From positions 62,001 through 126,000 of the forward strand of contig NW_027191413.1 of NCBI RefSeq assembly GCF_041146345.1: a stretch of 64,000 bases of DNA. The letters are read 5' to 3'. The position numbers and the translations under genes were made by a program. Below the pieces are notes generated by a model. The model made no database searches. It saw only the letters and a program-made list of their open reading frames with translations, and was not told the DNA's origin. Source of the stretch: Neodothiora populina (Eukaryota). Shown piece by piece: positions 13,290-24,789 of this stretch; position 1 is the stretch's first letter, and every line of letters starts with the position of its first letter.

Positions 13290-14669
13290 ATGTCAACCAC
13301 CCTCAAGATCGCCATCATAGGCGCAGGCCCTGCCGGCTGCACACTGGCGCGCATTCTCTCACAATCACCTGTCCCCCTTGACATCACCGTCTACGAAGGT
13401 GAATCCAGTGCCAACGCTCGTAATCAAGGCGGCACCTTGGATCTACATAGCGGCACTGGCCTGGCAGCCTTGAAGAAAGCCGGTCTGTATGAAGCCTTTC
13501 TGACGCATGCCCGATTCGATGGCGAGTCCATGCAGATCATCGACGGCAAGACAATGAGGCGCTATGTGAATACTGCCGCCGGCAAAGAGGGCGACAAGTT
13601 CGGTCGTCCAGAAATCGATCGCTCGAAACTGCGACAGATACTTGTCGATTCCCTGCCCAACAATATGATAGCGTGGAATCATCGACTACGCCGCATCGAC
13701 GACGACTTGACTCTTCACTTTGACCAAACTACTGTTTCGGGCGTCGATCTGCTTGTCGGAGCAGACGGAGCCTGGTCTAAAGTCAGGCCTCTGGTGTCCG
13801 ACGAACAGCCTTTCTACTCTGGTATAGCCGGCGTACGAACCGCGATAACGAACGTCGCAAGCACTCATCCCGACCTGCATAAACTCGTAAACCTCGGCTC
13901 CCTCTTTTCTTTCTCTTCTTCCAAAGCTCTCATGCTCCAACAACTAGGTGACGGCACACTGACAGTGGGCACTTGGGCTGTCAAACCCGAAGATCGGATC
14001 AAAACCATGCCGTCCGACTCACCCGAGAAGATCCTAGCCGTCGCGCAACAAGACTACAAAGACTTCGATCCTCGACTCACACACGCTCTACAAGTCGCCG
14101 ATGCGGAACCCGTCGCCATGAATCTCTACATGTTACCCATCGGTCACTCGTGGACCCATCGACCAGGCGTGACATTGTTGGGAGACGCGGCACACCTCAT
14201 GACACCCTTTGCAGGAGAAGGCGTCAATCTTGCATTAGCAGACGCAATGTCTCTAGCCGAAGCCATCATCACCGCTGCGTCTCCCATGTCCTCTTCATCA
14301 ATCCCAACTCTCAACGATAACAGCAAGCCCCACCTCCTCTCCCAGCAAATCTCCCTCTTCGAATCCCAAATGTTCGCCAGATCAAAACGTTATCAAGAAA
14401 CAACCTACAACGCCATGCGCCTTATGTTCTTCGTGCCAGGCGCTCCGGACAGCACGATCGAGGAATACATCTACAATGCAGCCGAGGATACTTTGCCGGA
14501 TTTGTATGTTCCTGCTGTTTCGTCGGCTTCGTCTTCGCTGTCGGTGATGGGAAAGTCGGTCTTGGGATCGGCGTCTTTGTCGGTCAAGGCGGTCATGGGT
14601 TGGGCGCTTTGGGGTGGGATTTGTACTTATTTTTGGCTGTTCAGGCGGTTGGGTTGGGGGAAGATGTAG
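13290..14669 (+). CDS. FAD-dependent monooxygenase, class A, TetX-like
   Basis: IAIIGAGPAG, RNQGGTLDLH, RPEIDR..LR..L, DLLVGADGAWSKVRP, LLGDAAHLMTPFAGEGVNLA. Confidence 0.93.
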   Translation: MSTTLKIAIIGAGPAGCTLARILSQSPVPLDITVYEGESSANARNQGGTLDLHSGTGLAALKKAGLYEAFLTHARFDGESMQIIDGKTMRRYVNTAAGKEGDKFGRPEIDRSKLRQILVDSLPNNMIAWNHRLRRIDDDLTLHFDQTTVSGVDLLVGADGAWSKVRPLVSDEQPFYSGIAGVRTAITNVASTHPDLHKLVNLGSLFSFSSSKALMLQQLGDGTLTVGTWAVKPEDRIKTMPSDSPEKILAVAQQDYKDFDPRLTHALQVADAEPVAMNLYMLPIGHSWTHRPGVTLLGDAAHLMTPFAGEGVNLALADAMSLAEAIITAASPMSSSSIPTLNDNSKPHLLSQQISLFESQMFARSKRYQETTYNAMRLMFFVPGAPDSTIEEYIYNAAEDTLPDLYVPAVSSASSSLSVMGKSVLGSASLSVKAVMGWALWGGICTYFWLFRRLGWGKM

Positions 14670-14877
14670 AAGCCCTGTTTTGTGTTTCGTTTCTGTTGTG
14701 TAAATTGTTCGATGACGTGTGTACTTAGCGAGGGAGAGCATATCGGGATGGGGTTAAGGCCTCGAACTGGTTTGATGGTATAGCATGATTAATGTCTGGT
14801 CAGGATGACACAATGTAAATACAAGATGATATTATGGAACTAATGAGAAAATGTGTCTATCGAGGAATAATCAATAC

Positions 14878-15128
14878 TATGCAGCCCGTTTTAGTGATTG
14901 ACCTTTCTCTAGGCATTTATCAACAGTCTACTAGACAGTCATCAACTATCTACTGGGTAGCCATTCACTATTCATTAAGGGCTCACTGACACTTCATGCC
15001 TTAGTCATTCACTATTTGTTAAGAAGTCATAGACTAGTTATTAAAGAGTTATTAGAAGATCGAAGACTGTTCATGATGGAGTTGTGCATATTCATTGTGA
15101 AGTCATTAACCAAATACGAGCTCCTTTG
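14878..15128. mobile_element. Degenerate MITE copy, inverted relative to the 20731-21006 copy; left end approximate
   Basis: Aligns by eye along its length with the reverse complement of 20731-21006; right end CGAGCTCCTTTG-TA intact; many C>T/G>A differences. Confidence 0.8.
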
Positions 15129-15203
15129 TATGTTGTTCATAACATCATTGAAAAGCTTACTGGCACCACTATTACTGTTACTGCCATGCCGCCGGTTGCA
15201 CTT

Positions 15204-16094
15204 TTACAAAGCACCCTGCGTCAGCACGTATCCACCATCTACGACCACAACGCCAGCATTGAGGTACTGATTCGTCGCGGCGAATAACATGGCATTGCCC
15301 ATATCCCTGTCGTTGCCAGGTCTCATGGCCGACGTCTTCTCGTGGTACTTTTCCGCGGGCACAAAGCTCTTCTGTTTGTCGTCGCTGTCATCGGCCGTCA
15401 TCTCCGACGGGAACACACCGGGCGCGATAGTGTTTACGCGCACCTTGATGCCGTTGGCGGCGATCTCAGATGCCAGCATCTTGGTCAGATGGATAGTGGC
15501 CGCCTTGGATGCGTTGTAGGCAAAGTGATGCTGCGAGGTCTTGACAATACCCGAGATCGAAGACGTGTTGATGACGCAGCCCGAGAAGCCGTATTGGTGC
15601 TCAGTGGCCTTGGCCAAAAGAGGAAGGAAGGCGGTCGTCATGAAGAAGCATTGCGGCACGTTTGTCCTGTAAGTCTCGGTCCAGTCCTCGAAGGTCGAGT
15701 CGGCGTTGTCGAAGAGGTTTGCCTTCATCTCTTCTGCGCTCTTCGCTTCTGTTTGTAGAGTCTTGGATGAGATGCCGGCGTTGTTTACCAAAATGCACAC
15801 ACACTTTTCCTTGGACTCGATCTCCTTGACCATGGCTGCGATGCTCTCCTTGCTGGTAATGTCGCCCTGCAGAGGGACGATCTGGCCAGGAATGTCCTTG
15901 CCGTAGACCTCGGCGACCTTGTCCAGTTTCTCCTTGGTGCGGCCAATAATGTACACCTTGGCTCCGTTGACAGCAAAGGCCTGGGTGGCCATCAGACCGA
16001 TGCCTGAACCACCGCCGGAGACGACGACGACCTTGTCCTTGACATTGAACAGGTTCTCGAGCTTGAACTGCTCGTTGTTGTTTTCCGAAGACAT
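15204..16094 (-). CDS. Classical short-chain dehydrogenase/reductase (possible upstream in-frame start at 16292)
   Basis: VSGGGSGIG, LVNNAG, NTSSISG, YNASKAA, RVNTIAPGVFPSEMT, VVDGG. Confidence 0.93.
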   Translation of the reverse strand: MSSENNNEQFKLENLFNVKDKVVVVSGGGSGIGLMATQAFAVNGAKVYIIGRTKEKLDKVAEVYGKDIPGQIVPLQGDITSKESIAAMVKEIESKEKCVCILVNNAGISSKTLQTEAKSAEEMKANLFDNADSTFEDWTETYRTNVPQCFFMTTAFLPLLAKATEHQYGFSGCVINTSSISGIVKTSQHHFAYNASKAATIHLTKMLASEIAANGIKVRVNTIAPGVFPSEMTADDSDDKQKSFVPAEKYHEKTSAMRPGNDRDMGNAMLFAATNQYLNAGVVVVDGGYVLTQGAL

Positions 16095-17653
16095 TTTTCT
16101 AGTGTTTCTTATGATTGGGATAGAAGTAGAGGGACGTCTAGATGACTTGAAAGATGAAGATGGAGCTTGATGACTTTGGGATAGAGAACGAGAACAAATT
16201 ATAGGTTTTACTTTGCCTACAGTATTTGAGTGCAACACGGGCAGTCGATATGCATTTCTCGATACTAGTGATGTCACTCGCATGGGTGTCATAATGCTGT
16301 AATAATGTGAGCCGCGGAAGTGAAGCTTCAGGTGAGGTAGAATAATCCGTAGTAACAGAGCACAACAACACTTTAATCGTGAAATGACAGGACACTACTA
16401 CAGGGATCTCCTCACCGATGAACCTATCCACTTGTCCAAAGGAACTAAAGCGTTACAAGTTCCTGTTAGCATCGGCTATCATCATCACGACCGAATGCAT
16501 GCTTGTCATCATCACCATGAGTGTGCAAACGAAAGCATGTCATCACAGCGTCATCTGCTAAGGTACCTAAGGTAACCTTACAGGTAACACAAAACAAACC
16601 CTTCGAGAGCAAGTCCAGCACTTTGTACACGATCGGAGAAATACTTATAGCTCCTCCGCCAGGAACCAACAGATCCCACATGTCTTGGCTGATCGGGCCG
16701 TGAACTTGTTCTCAAAGCTGCACCTTAACCGTCATGTTTGTCCTATTGCAATTCAGTGGTTGTTTACGCCTGATATGCAGGTTGTTAAGAACATCCTAGG
16801 ATATGTATGGTCTACATCAGTAAGTCGTGATTCATATCCGCGCTGATTATCAGGCTTTACTTTGGTTACACGAGAGAATATAGAGTACCTAGGCATACCA
16901 TATCACAAATCCTGCCAGTGAATTGTCCCTTTAGTCGCAAGATAACCCCGAAAAATGCTCTATCTACGTGACAGCACACGCTGACATGGTGGACATGTTA
17001 ATTTTGTTAATTAAAATCACATGTCCCCTTGCCCCATTCCTCATCCCGGTTTACCCGCCACCACTTTCCCGACCAAAGCCTACGAGGCATATTCAACAGC
17101 CATGCATGATCCATGCTGACAGTCGTGCTACTCTCGTGGGAATGGTCAATCTAGAGCGACCGACGTCTTTGATCTTGACCTTTGCAGACTCGATATTTCT
17201 CTGCTCCATGCAGTCCTGGTACCTAGTACCATACGCGCAATATCATGGTCGGGACAGAGCTCTCGGGCTTTCCACCACTGAACCTTCCAGGAGCTGCTTC
17301 CGATGGGCAGTGACTGCCTTGTAGTTCGGTACTTGCGCCTCCGGCGGCTCCAAGCATACCACATGCACCAGGTAGGCGCATTACCAATACGCCGAAGAGC
17401 GTGCGACCAAGATGCAGTACAATAATTCTTTGTCGACTTGTTCCTCTGGGTGGTGCCTTTGAAACGCATATGTTTGTGGCTGATCAAGGTACACTCCTCT
17501 CCATTGGCGGAGCCTGCATATTGTGTTCCCGTGCTGCCAAGCACCACGGTCCTTCTGTCAGCAACACATTGTTGCATTGCCCCATCGACACACACTCTGT
17601 GGTTTTTTCCTCGCTTGATAGTGATGCTCTGCACCAATTGTGCGGATGGTCGT

Positions 17654-18552
17654 TCAGCGATTGATAAAGACGGCCTCACGGTTCACCTGAAATCCCACGA
17701 TGTACCTCTTGCGTTCGGCGGGCGCGGTATCCCAACTCAGGGGTATGGCTGTGAGGATATTTGTAAAAGGTGCTCCCCATCGGGTGTAGTTTGTGACAGT
17801 AATCTGTGCTTCGTTACCAGACATTATCTGCGCTTTGAAGTCTGCCAGAGCAGCCAGATCTAGCTCCTGCACCTTGTGGCTGGTATATCTTGAGGTCGCA
17901 GCCGTATTTCTGCGACTACTCTCCGTCTCGATGGGCACCGCCGGAGGCTTCTGGAGGAAGCGACAGTTGCGTCCAAGGATTTCTTCTTGTTTGTATCCAG
18001 TCAAAGCCTCAAACCCCTCGGAACAGTAGACGATGGGACAGTCGGGCTGGAAAGTATCGCAAAGCACGAGGGCACAGTTGGTGTCTACCATACCAATGTC
18101 GATGATCGGATTCGACCTTGTAGCGACTCGAAGCTGTTGGTCGCGTTGAAGTCAGCAAGTGGAGAACATGCGCGCTACGCTGATCGTCTTACCAAGATGC
18201 CCATCATGTCGAAACCACTCGGCGCATACAAGCCATCATAGAAGTATGGATTTGGTGATGGCTTGACTGCGTTCGCCGGTACACGGTCTGTTGCCCTTGC
18301 AGCGGGGGCAGCGGTTGCAATTGGATCCTCGACCTCGGCGAACTGACCATATTCATCGTCTTCGTCGTCATCCTCGCTGTAGATACTGCTATCGTCGTCC
18401 TCGTCCTCGTCCTCTTCCTGGAGTTTCTTGTGCTCATCTCTCGCTCTTGTCACATGCTCGTCCTTTGCATTGGCTGCGCCGGAAGATCGCTCCGGTAGTC
18501 GGGATTCAACTCTCACTTCATCGCGCTGGTTCAACTCTTGTTGTGTTGACAT
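17654..18552 (-). CDS. vvd: Short stand-alone LOV blue-light photoreceptor, VIVID/ENVOY-like; intron 18134-18192
   Basis: N-cap GLYAPSGFDMMGIL spliced to LRVATRSNPIIDIGMVDTNCALVLCD; GRNCRFLQ with photoactive Cys; VTNY, F.NILT.IP, YIVGFQ. Confidence 0.9.
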
Positions 18553-19478
18553 GTGCTCTCCTGCTTGCTATGCGGAACTTAGTCGAACGTACACATCATT
18601 CTGTCTGTGCTACCCAACTCACCGTTGCATGTTGACGGCGCTTCATCACACGTTCCGCGCCATTATGGTCCGTAGGGCTAGCGCGCTTCATGATCACGCC
18701 GCTCTTGTTTCTACCTGCGCCTGGTTGCGAGATGGTAGAATGAGACCGCAGAAGAGAGATGGCCGTCATCATGGGGCGGGAAACACGACAGAGTTATAGG
18801 CACAAGCATACATTTCATTCAATGGACAGCACATGTTGTCGACTGACTATAGAATACTTGGTAAAATCGACATAATCTATAAACCATGATCGCGAGGACT
18901 CGATCGGAATCTAAGGAAAGCCCTCCAGATCGAGCTGGGGTAGCGCCGGCATCTGTCTCGCCCGTCCTGATTGCTCTTGGCTATTCGGACCCGACTCCGT
19001 TTGTACTGCGGACTTAATCAATAGCCATATTGGGTTCCGGACGGAACTCTTGTGCCTCTGCATGAAACAGCGCTCAAGATCGAGTATCATGGAGGGTTTG
19101 TGGTGCCTTTGGTCCCAGTATGATCGAGTTGTCGCAGGCACGAGATGCCAAGCCCTGAATCTTGATCTGAACCCACGGTACTCAGGTTGCCCGTACATTA
19201 ATTGCATCTGCCTTACACTGCATCTGGAAGCGAGAATTGTAATACAATCTCTGATAGTAGCGCACATGTCGATCTCTCTCGGTCTCACGGCCAGCTGGTG
19301 ACCTGCAGTCGTCAGGGCTTGAGCCATCTACGCTCGATTGTTCAGCGCTTCACAGCATGGATCGAGCTTGACCACGACATCGCTTTTCTCATTTGATCCA
19401 CCATTGTAATGTATCGTATGCTGTCCGCGTCATGCGTGCACCGTTGCTTTGTCAAAGCAAGATTCTAGTAGAGTCCTC

Positions 19479-20510
19479 CTACGTCGCAGCATCCACAACT
19501 CTCCACGTCAGCGTCTGGTATTCTCGCCATGTCATGAATCCAAGCTTCTCATACCATCCATGCAGGACCACCCAGTCCACAAAGACGTGTCTAGCCCCTC
19601 TTCTCTGTAAATCCTTGAGGGCACTACCCACCAACGCCAAGCCAATGCCGGCTCCTCTTGCGTCTGCGTCAACACCCACACACGCTATCAAGCCAGTCTT
19701 GTGCCCGAGCAGATGTGGAAAAGCCAGAGTATCCCATACTGGCAGGTCGGCCTCTACCATAAGTGTCCATCCGACCTGTTGCCGATCCGAGTTGTATGCG
19801 ACCATGATCTGCTGTGAATGACCTTTGCTTACGAGTTCTTCGTACGCTGCGACCCACCCATCATTCTTGAAATTCTGTCTTTGCTTGCGAATGCACTGTT
19901 CGGCATCTTTGACATCTAAAGGCGTAAAATTGATGCCTGCCTCAGCGACCCTTCGCATAACAGCTGCGGGAACAGTATAATCGTCTAGTTCAATGTAAAG
20001 GTCTCGACAAGGACAGGCATCCGAGAGCTGCAACAAGGCATGTCGCTGCAAGGTCTTCTTGAAGAATGCTTGATCTTTGGAAGGAATGTCTGTTGGCACG
20101 CCAGGCCAAAATCGCGGGAAGACTGACCCTAACACAATAGTGTTGCAGCCATGTGTTCTGAGCAAGGTATCGCAAGCATGATTCAGCAATTGTGTTCCCA
20201 CGCCCTTATTCTGAAACCCAGCGTCTACCAATGATACTGCAATGTGGCCTTTCTGTTCATCCTGATCAAATGTCGATTCATCAACATATGTTCCGACGAA
20301 CCCGATCACCGGACAATTTGAAGTGCATACACGAGCGGTGAGCGTCTTGCATGTACATGAGCAAGCGACATAGTGACTGCCTCGCTTATCCTGTAATAAG
20401 CTCCGAAGATGCGCTGCTGGAACCTGATATCCGGGTAGAAGCGAGTTCCAGAGCTGTGCAACGCTTTGGAACTGCTGTTCTGATCCGAATGGCAATATCT
20501 CGACAGCCAT
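19479..20510 (-). CDS. Tandem-GNAT acetyltransferase
   Basis: Two acetyl-CoA motifs: LVDAGFQNKGVGTQLL and VGVDADARGAGIGLALV; LGSVFPRFWPGVP; VFVDWV...GWYEKLGF. Confidence 0.88.
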   Translation of the reverse strand: MAVEILPFGSEQQFQSVAQLWNSLLPGYQVPAAHLRSLLQDKRGSHYVACSCTCKTLTARVCTSNCPVIGFVGTYVDESTFDQDEQKGHIAVSLVDAGFQNKGVGTQLLNHACDTLLRTHGCNTIVLGSVFPRFWPGVPTDIPSKDQAFFKKTLQRHALLQLSDACPCRDLYIELDDYTVPAAVMRRVAEAGINFTPLDVKDAEQCIRKQRQNFKNDGWVAAYEELVSKGHSQQIMVAYNSDRQQVGWTLMVEADLPVWDTLAFPHLLGHKTGLIACVGVDADARGAGIGLALVGSALKDLQRRGARHVFVDWVVLHGWYEKLGFMTWREYQTLTWRVVDAAT

Positions 20511-20730
20511 AGTAGCAAGCAGATAATTCGGGTCGTCGAAATTACTTTATCGCCTCGCAGACACTTTATAAGCTCACGAGTGTTACCTTAGCCCTAGGCA
20601 GGTACTTGTGACCTCCATCGCTAAGAGGTCGACGAACGGCAGTCCTTCCAGTTGCAGGGATGACCCCACTCTATATGCGCCAACAGGAGAAAGTCGTTCA
20701 GGGTCCATCGTCTCCCATATACCTCAGCTA

Positions 20731-21006
20731 CAAAGGAGCTCGTATTTAGTTAATGACTCAACAATGAACATGCAACAACTCCTCTATGAACGGTCTTCGA
20801 TCTCTTAATGACTCCTCGATAATTGGGTAATGACTTCTCAACGAGTAATGAGTGACTCGCGCATGAAGTGTCAATGAACCCTCGATGAATGGTGAATGGC
20901 TACCCAGTGATTAGTGAATAGCTACCTAGTGAATGGTCAATGACTGTCCAGTAAACTGTCAATAACTGCCTAGAGAAAGATTAATGACTAAAAACGAGCT
21001 CTTTTG
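20731..21006. mobile_element. 276-bp MITE with ~25-bp imperfect TIRs and TA target-site duplication (Tc1/mariner type)
   Basis: TA|CAAAGGAGCTCGTATTTAGTTAAT ... ATGACTAAAAACGAGCTCTTTTG|TA; second copy at 14.9-15.1 kb. Confidence 0.85.
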
Positions 21007-21203
21007 TACTGCACTCGCATATCCTCTCGTGATAAGATGATACCCCTAAGGTAGATATCAATTCACCCGCATAGATAGGTATACTTTAGATCTACCATAA
21101 TGCTGCCAAGGCAAAGATCTACTTCCGGTTTGCCCTATCTCTTCTGCTCCTGTACACACAAGTAACTTAGTTTCTGTGAGCGGTATTGGCTATCGACTTG
21201 GAC

Positions 21204-23169
21204 ATGGCGGCCTTATCTCAGGAGCAGCAACCTCTCCTTCCTGGTAGTCATGCCACAAGCAGTACAGCTAGTGTAGGGCCCGATCTGTCCTGTTCTAATA
21301 CAATAAATCTCACCATGAACAGTACCAAAGACGACTCCACAATTGTTGTGGAGCCGACCAAGTCCAATGATGCCTCGACACGGAAGACGGAGATCAAACA
21401 GAATGTCGAGCGATATGCCCGATTGTTCGGTGCTGACGAAGACGCATTTGGTCAACCTACCACGAGTCGCAAGGAGCTCTGGTCGTATTATCTCTATTAC
21501 AATGGCGACAATGGTGTCGGACCTGGCTCTTACAGCCAGACCCTGTAGGTCGTGTGATTGCCCTGCGGTATTGCTTTTATCCGATCTTTCGATCTCAATA
21601 TTTACATTTGCATCGATTATGGTGTTGGCTCTGTTGGAAATTTGTATCTTGGTATGTATACTAACGTTTCCCTAGCTTCCAGTCGACCCTAACCGCCGCT
21701 GGCCATGATCCGACAGTTTTTCCTGTAGCCTCCGGAAATTGTAGTACTGGTGGGTGTGTGTTACCGTGGGGCAGTGGCACTCGCAGCGTTGCGTCTGTAG
21801 TATTGATCGCGAACGGCATCTGTTTCGCTGTCATGACCCTACTCTTCGTCAGTCTGGGAAGTGCAGCCGACTACGGCTCCTTCGGCCGATGGCTCTTGCT
21901 TGTGCTCACTGCGATCTGTTGGATGTTCCAATATGGCTTCATGGGCATCAAGCATGCAAGCCAGTGGCCGACCGCTATGGTCCTATATATCATTTCATAT
22001 ATTGCATATGGAGCGACCCTGGTCTTCTATGCGGCCGTCTTTCCGAGACTTGCTCGGTACATGCCTCACGTCCGGGCTGCACGAGAAGAGGACCTCAACA
22101 GTGGCAAGATCACCCAAGAAGAATATGACCGCATTGAGTCTCTGGAGAAGAACCACGTTTCTTCCATCTCCACAGCTCATTCCAACATTGGATATCTGTT
22201 CACACTTGCGATCAACCTAAGTGTTTTGCTCCCGCTGAAGGGCAACGACTACGCGAATAATTGGGCATTATTCCTGACTAATACATACTGGGTGGTCCTC
22301 GGAGTATGGTGGTTCATATTCCAGCAGAAACGACCTGGTCCCAAGCTCCCCACAGGATCTTCTTACTTGACCATCGGCTGGAAGCAAGTCAGTCTGGCAT
22401 TGAAAGAGATCCGTCATCTACCGCAAACCTTCACCTATCTTGTCGCCTTCTTCCTTCTTGCTGATGGCTTGAACACAACCGGCACACTTGTTTCGATCAT
22501 CCAGGCGGACCAAGTCAACTTCAGCTTTTTGCAGATCACTTACTTGGGAATCGCCCAAGCGTGTTGCTCGACCTTCTCTACTTTTAGTTTCTGGTATATT
22601 CAGCGATGGCTCAAAATGTGAGTTGTCGTGAGAGTCTCTTACTCCTGCAGGGATACTCGCCGATTTATGCTCTGCTGACTCGATGCAATATTAGCTCCAC
22701 AAAACGTATGTTCCAAATCACAAACTTTTTCAGTGTTCTCATCCCCTTCTACGGCATGCTTGGTATCTGGACGAAACGAGTCGGGTACCACAACATGTGG
22801 GAGTTTTACTTCTACAACGTCATCTTTGGTCTCTTTCAAGCGCCCTACTATGCCTACGCTCAGACGATGATGTCAGAAGTCACGCCCAGAGGTTACGAGA
22901 ATATGTTCTTCGGGCTCTTTGGCATCACTAATCGTGCAAGCTCTATTATCGGTCCCAACGTCGTTCAGGCCATCATCAATGCTACCAACAACAATTGGCT
23001 TGGGTTTCCTTTCTTGTTTGCCATCTGTGCGGTGGCTAGCGTAGTGATTTGGTTTGTGGATGTCGAAAAGGGTAGAGCTAGTTGCAGGAAGTTTGAGCAA
23101 GAGAGAACAGCTGTCAGGGTGGAGAGGGAGGCAGTAGATTCAGAGGAGATAACTCAAGACTCTTCTTAG
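21204..23169 (+). CDS. ATG22-like MFS transporter (vacuolar amino-acid effluxer family); introns 21545-21675 and 22618-22694
   Basis: TTSRKELWSYYLYY, GSAADYG, many TM segments, AFFLLADG, P.GYENMFFGLFGITNRASSIIGP; GT-AG introns restore frame. Confidence 0.88.
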
Positions 23170-23620
23170 ATGATACATATACGATTTACGACCTGGACTG
23201 GAAGGCCATATCACTTGACCCCCTTCGTCTACCCTAACAAGTATTCTATCTGTTCATTTATACTTCACTATCTACTCACTTATGCTCCACTGTCAACTTA
23301 TTCACGTTTTACCCTCTGTTCAACAACTCTTTGCTATTCATTCAGCCATCCTTTACTGATTATTGATTAAGTCAAAATCCTATACATTTGTTCTTCACTT
23401 TAAATTGAATTACAGTTCATATCTAGATTGAATACACTTTAGTAGCTCCTTACTGATACTTCATCTTCAGTTCAACCATTCTTCACCTGTCGACGCCTAT
23501 ATTAACACTTTCTGAAGTCACAGACCCTTCTCTTCTTTAAACATGAAGCAGGGTACTTTACTAGAGAAGGATTCGGAATGGACCTTTCCTGTGGTACATT
23601 AGCGATGCACCTGCACTCGC

Positions 23621-24789
23621 TTACGCATACGCCATGATCGTGTCAAGGTAAGCAGAGTAAGACTTTCCAGTATCTGGCTCCATAGAGAACTGCGACGAAC
23701 AAATCAGTACCGCGGAAAATGGCAATCATTTGCAACAAAAAACTTACGATGTAATCATTTCCCCACCAAGGTCCAGCAGCCCACCAAAGTGCACCGGACC
23801 ACGCGTCAGCATTATTATCCATATACTTCAACATATCCTTGACAGCGCTCTGACAAACATCGTTCGCGCCACCAGCGAACTCGCCCACAAGACCAACCTT
23901 CTTGTTCGTCCTCAACCACTGCGTCGCAGCCTTGAGCCTCTCGCTACCAACCGTCGCACTGACGCACGTCTCCGAGGTACCCGACCCGTCAGAGTCGAGG
24001 TACTGATGCATCTGGTAGATCAGCTTGTCTGCGGAATCCGTCAGGCTGCCCATCGTGTCGGCGTTGGTCTTGCCGTCTGTGCCCGCCGTTGATGTCCATG
24101 TCCAAGCCCCTGTGTACGCGTTACCTTCTATAGTGATATATTGCGTTGTTGCGCCTGCTGCGCGGATGCCGTTGATAGCGGCCTGGTTGAGGTCTGCGAC
24201 CAGGGAGCCGGGCATGTCATGGACTTGGAGGTGTGTGAGTATGGTGTACATCCTTTCTCCCGGAAGGGACATTCGAAGCTATTGGATCAGGTCGCTGGCC
24301 GAACTTACATTCATTGTTGGTGTCAAAGATGACTTTCTGGTTCGCCTTGAACTTCTCGGCCATAGTGGTCCAGAAGGCCTTGAAGTCACTCGTGCTCTGA
24401 ATGATGTTTCCATTATATCTCCCGTAGTTATGGGGCACGATCATAGCATAAGCACCCTTGTCAGTGATATACTTGACCGTCTTGGTCAAATCAGCCAGAT
24501 AAGCCGCATCGCACGCTCCAGTCATGGAAGTTGGGACCAGCCGCTCCATGAGGATGTTGACGCGAAAGACGTTCATGCCCTTGTTGACAAAAGTGTCGAT
24601 CGTGCTCAGAGTCGGCCAGACATAGTCGGTCCCGAGAGTTCCGGGGATGTTGTTCGTACCAAACTCTGGACCGCTCTCATTGATTCCGAAGAATTGTAAT
24701 TTGTTGGACCGTTTCGAAGTGCGCTCCAGAGGAGCAGCGAAGGCAAGGCCGGCTGTACCAGCAGCCAGCAAGAGAGTAGAAAAGTGCAT
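23621..24789 (-). CDS. Secreted GH5 (subfamily 5) endo-beta-1,4-glucanase, no CBM1; introns ~24227-24309 and ~23690-23747
   Basis: Signal peptide; [56 protein letters not shown]. Confidence 0.95.

Noticed and set aside
8876..20510. Reductase, monooxygenase, SDR and GNAT as a secondary-metabolite cluster
   Set aside because: No PKS/NRPS/terpene backbone or cluster regulator visible, and housekeeping MIC60 is interspersed
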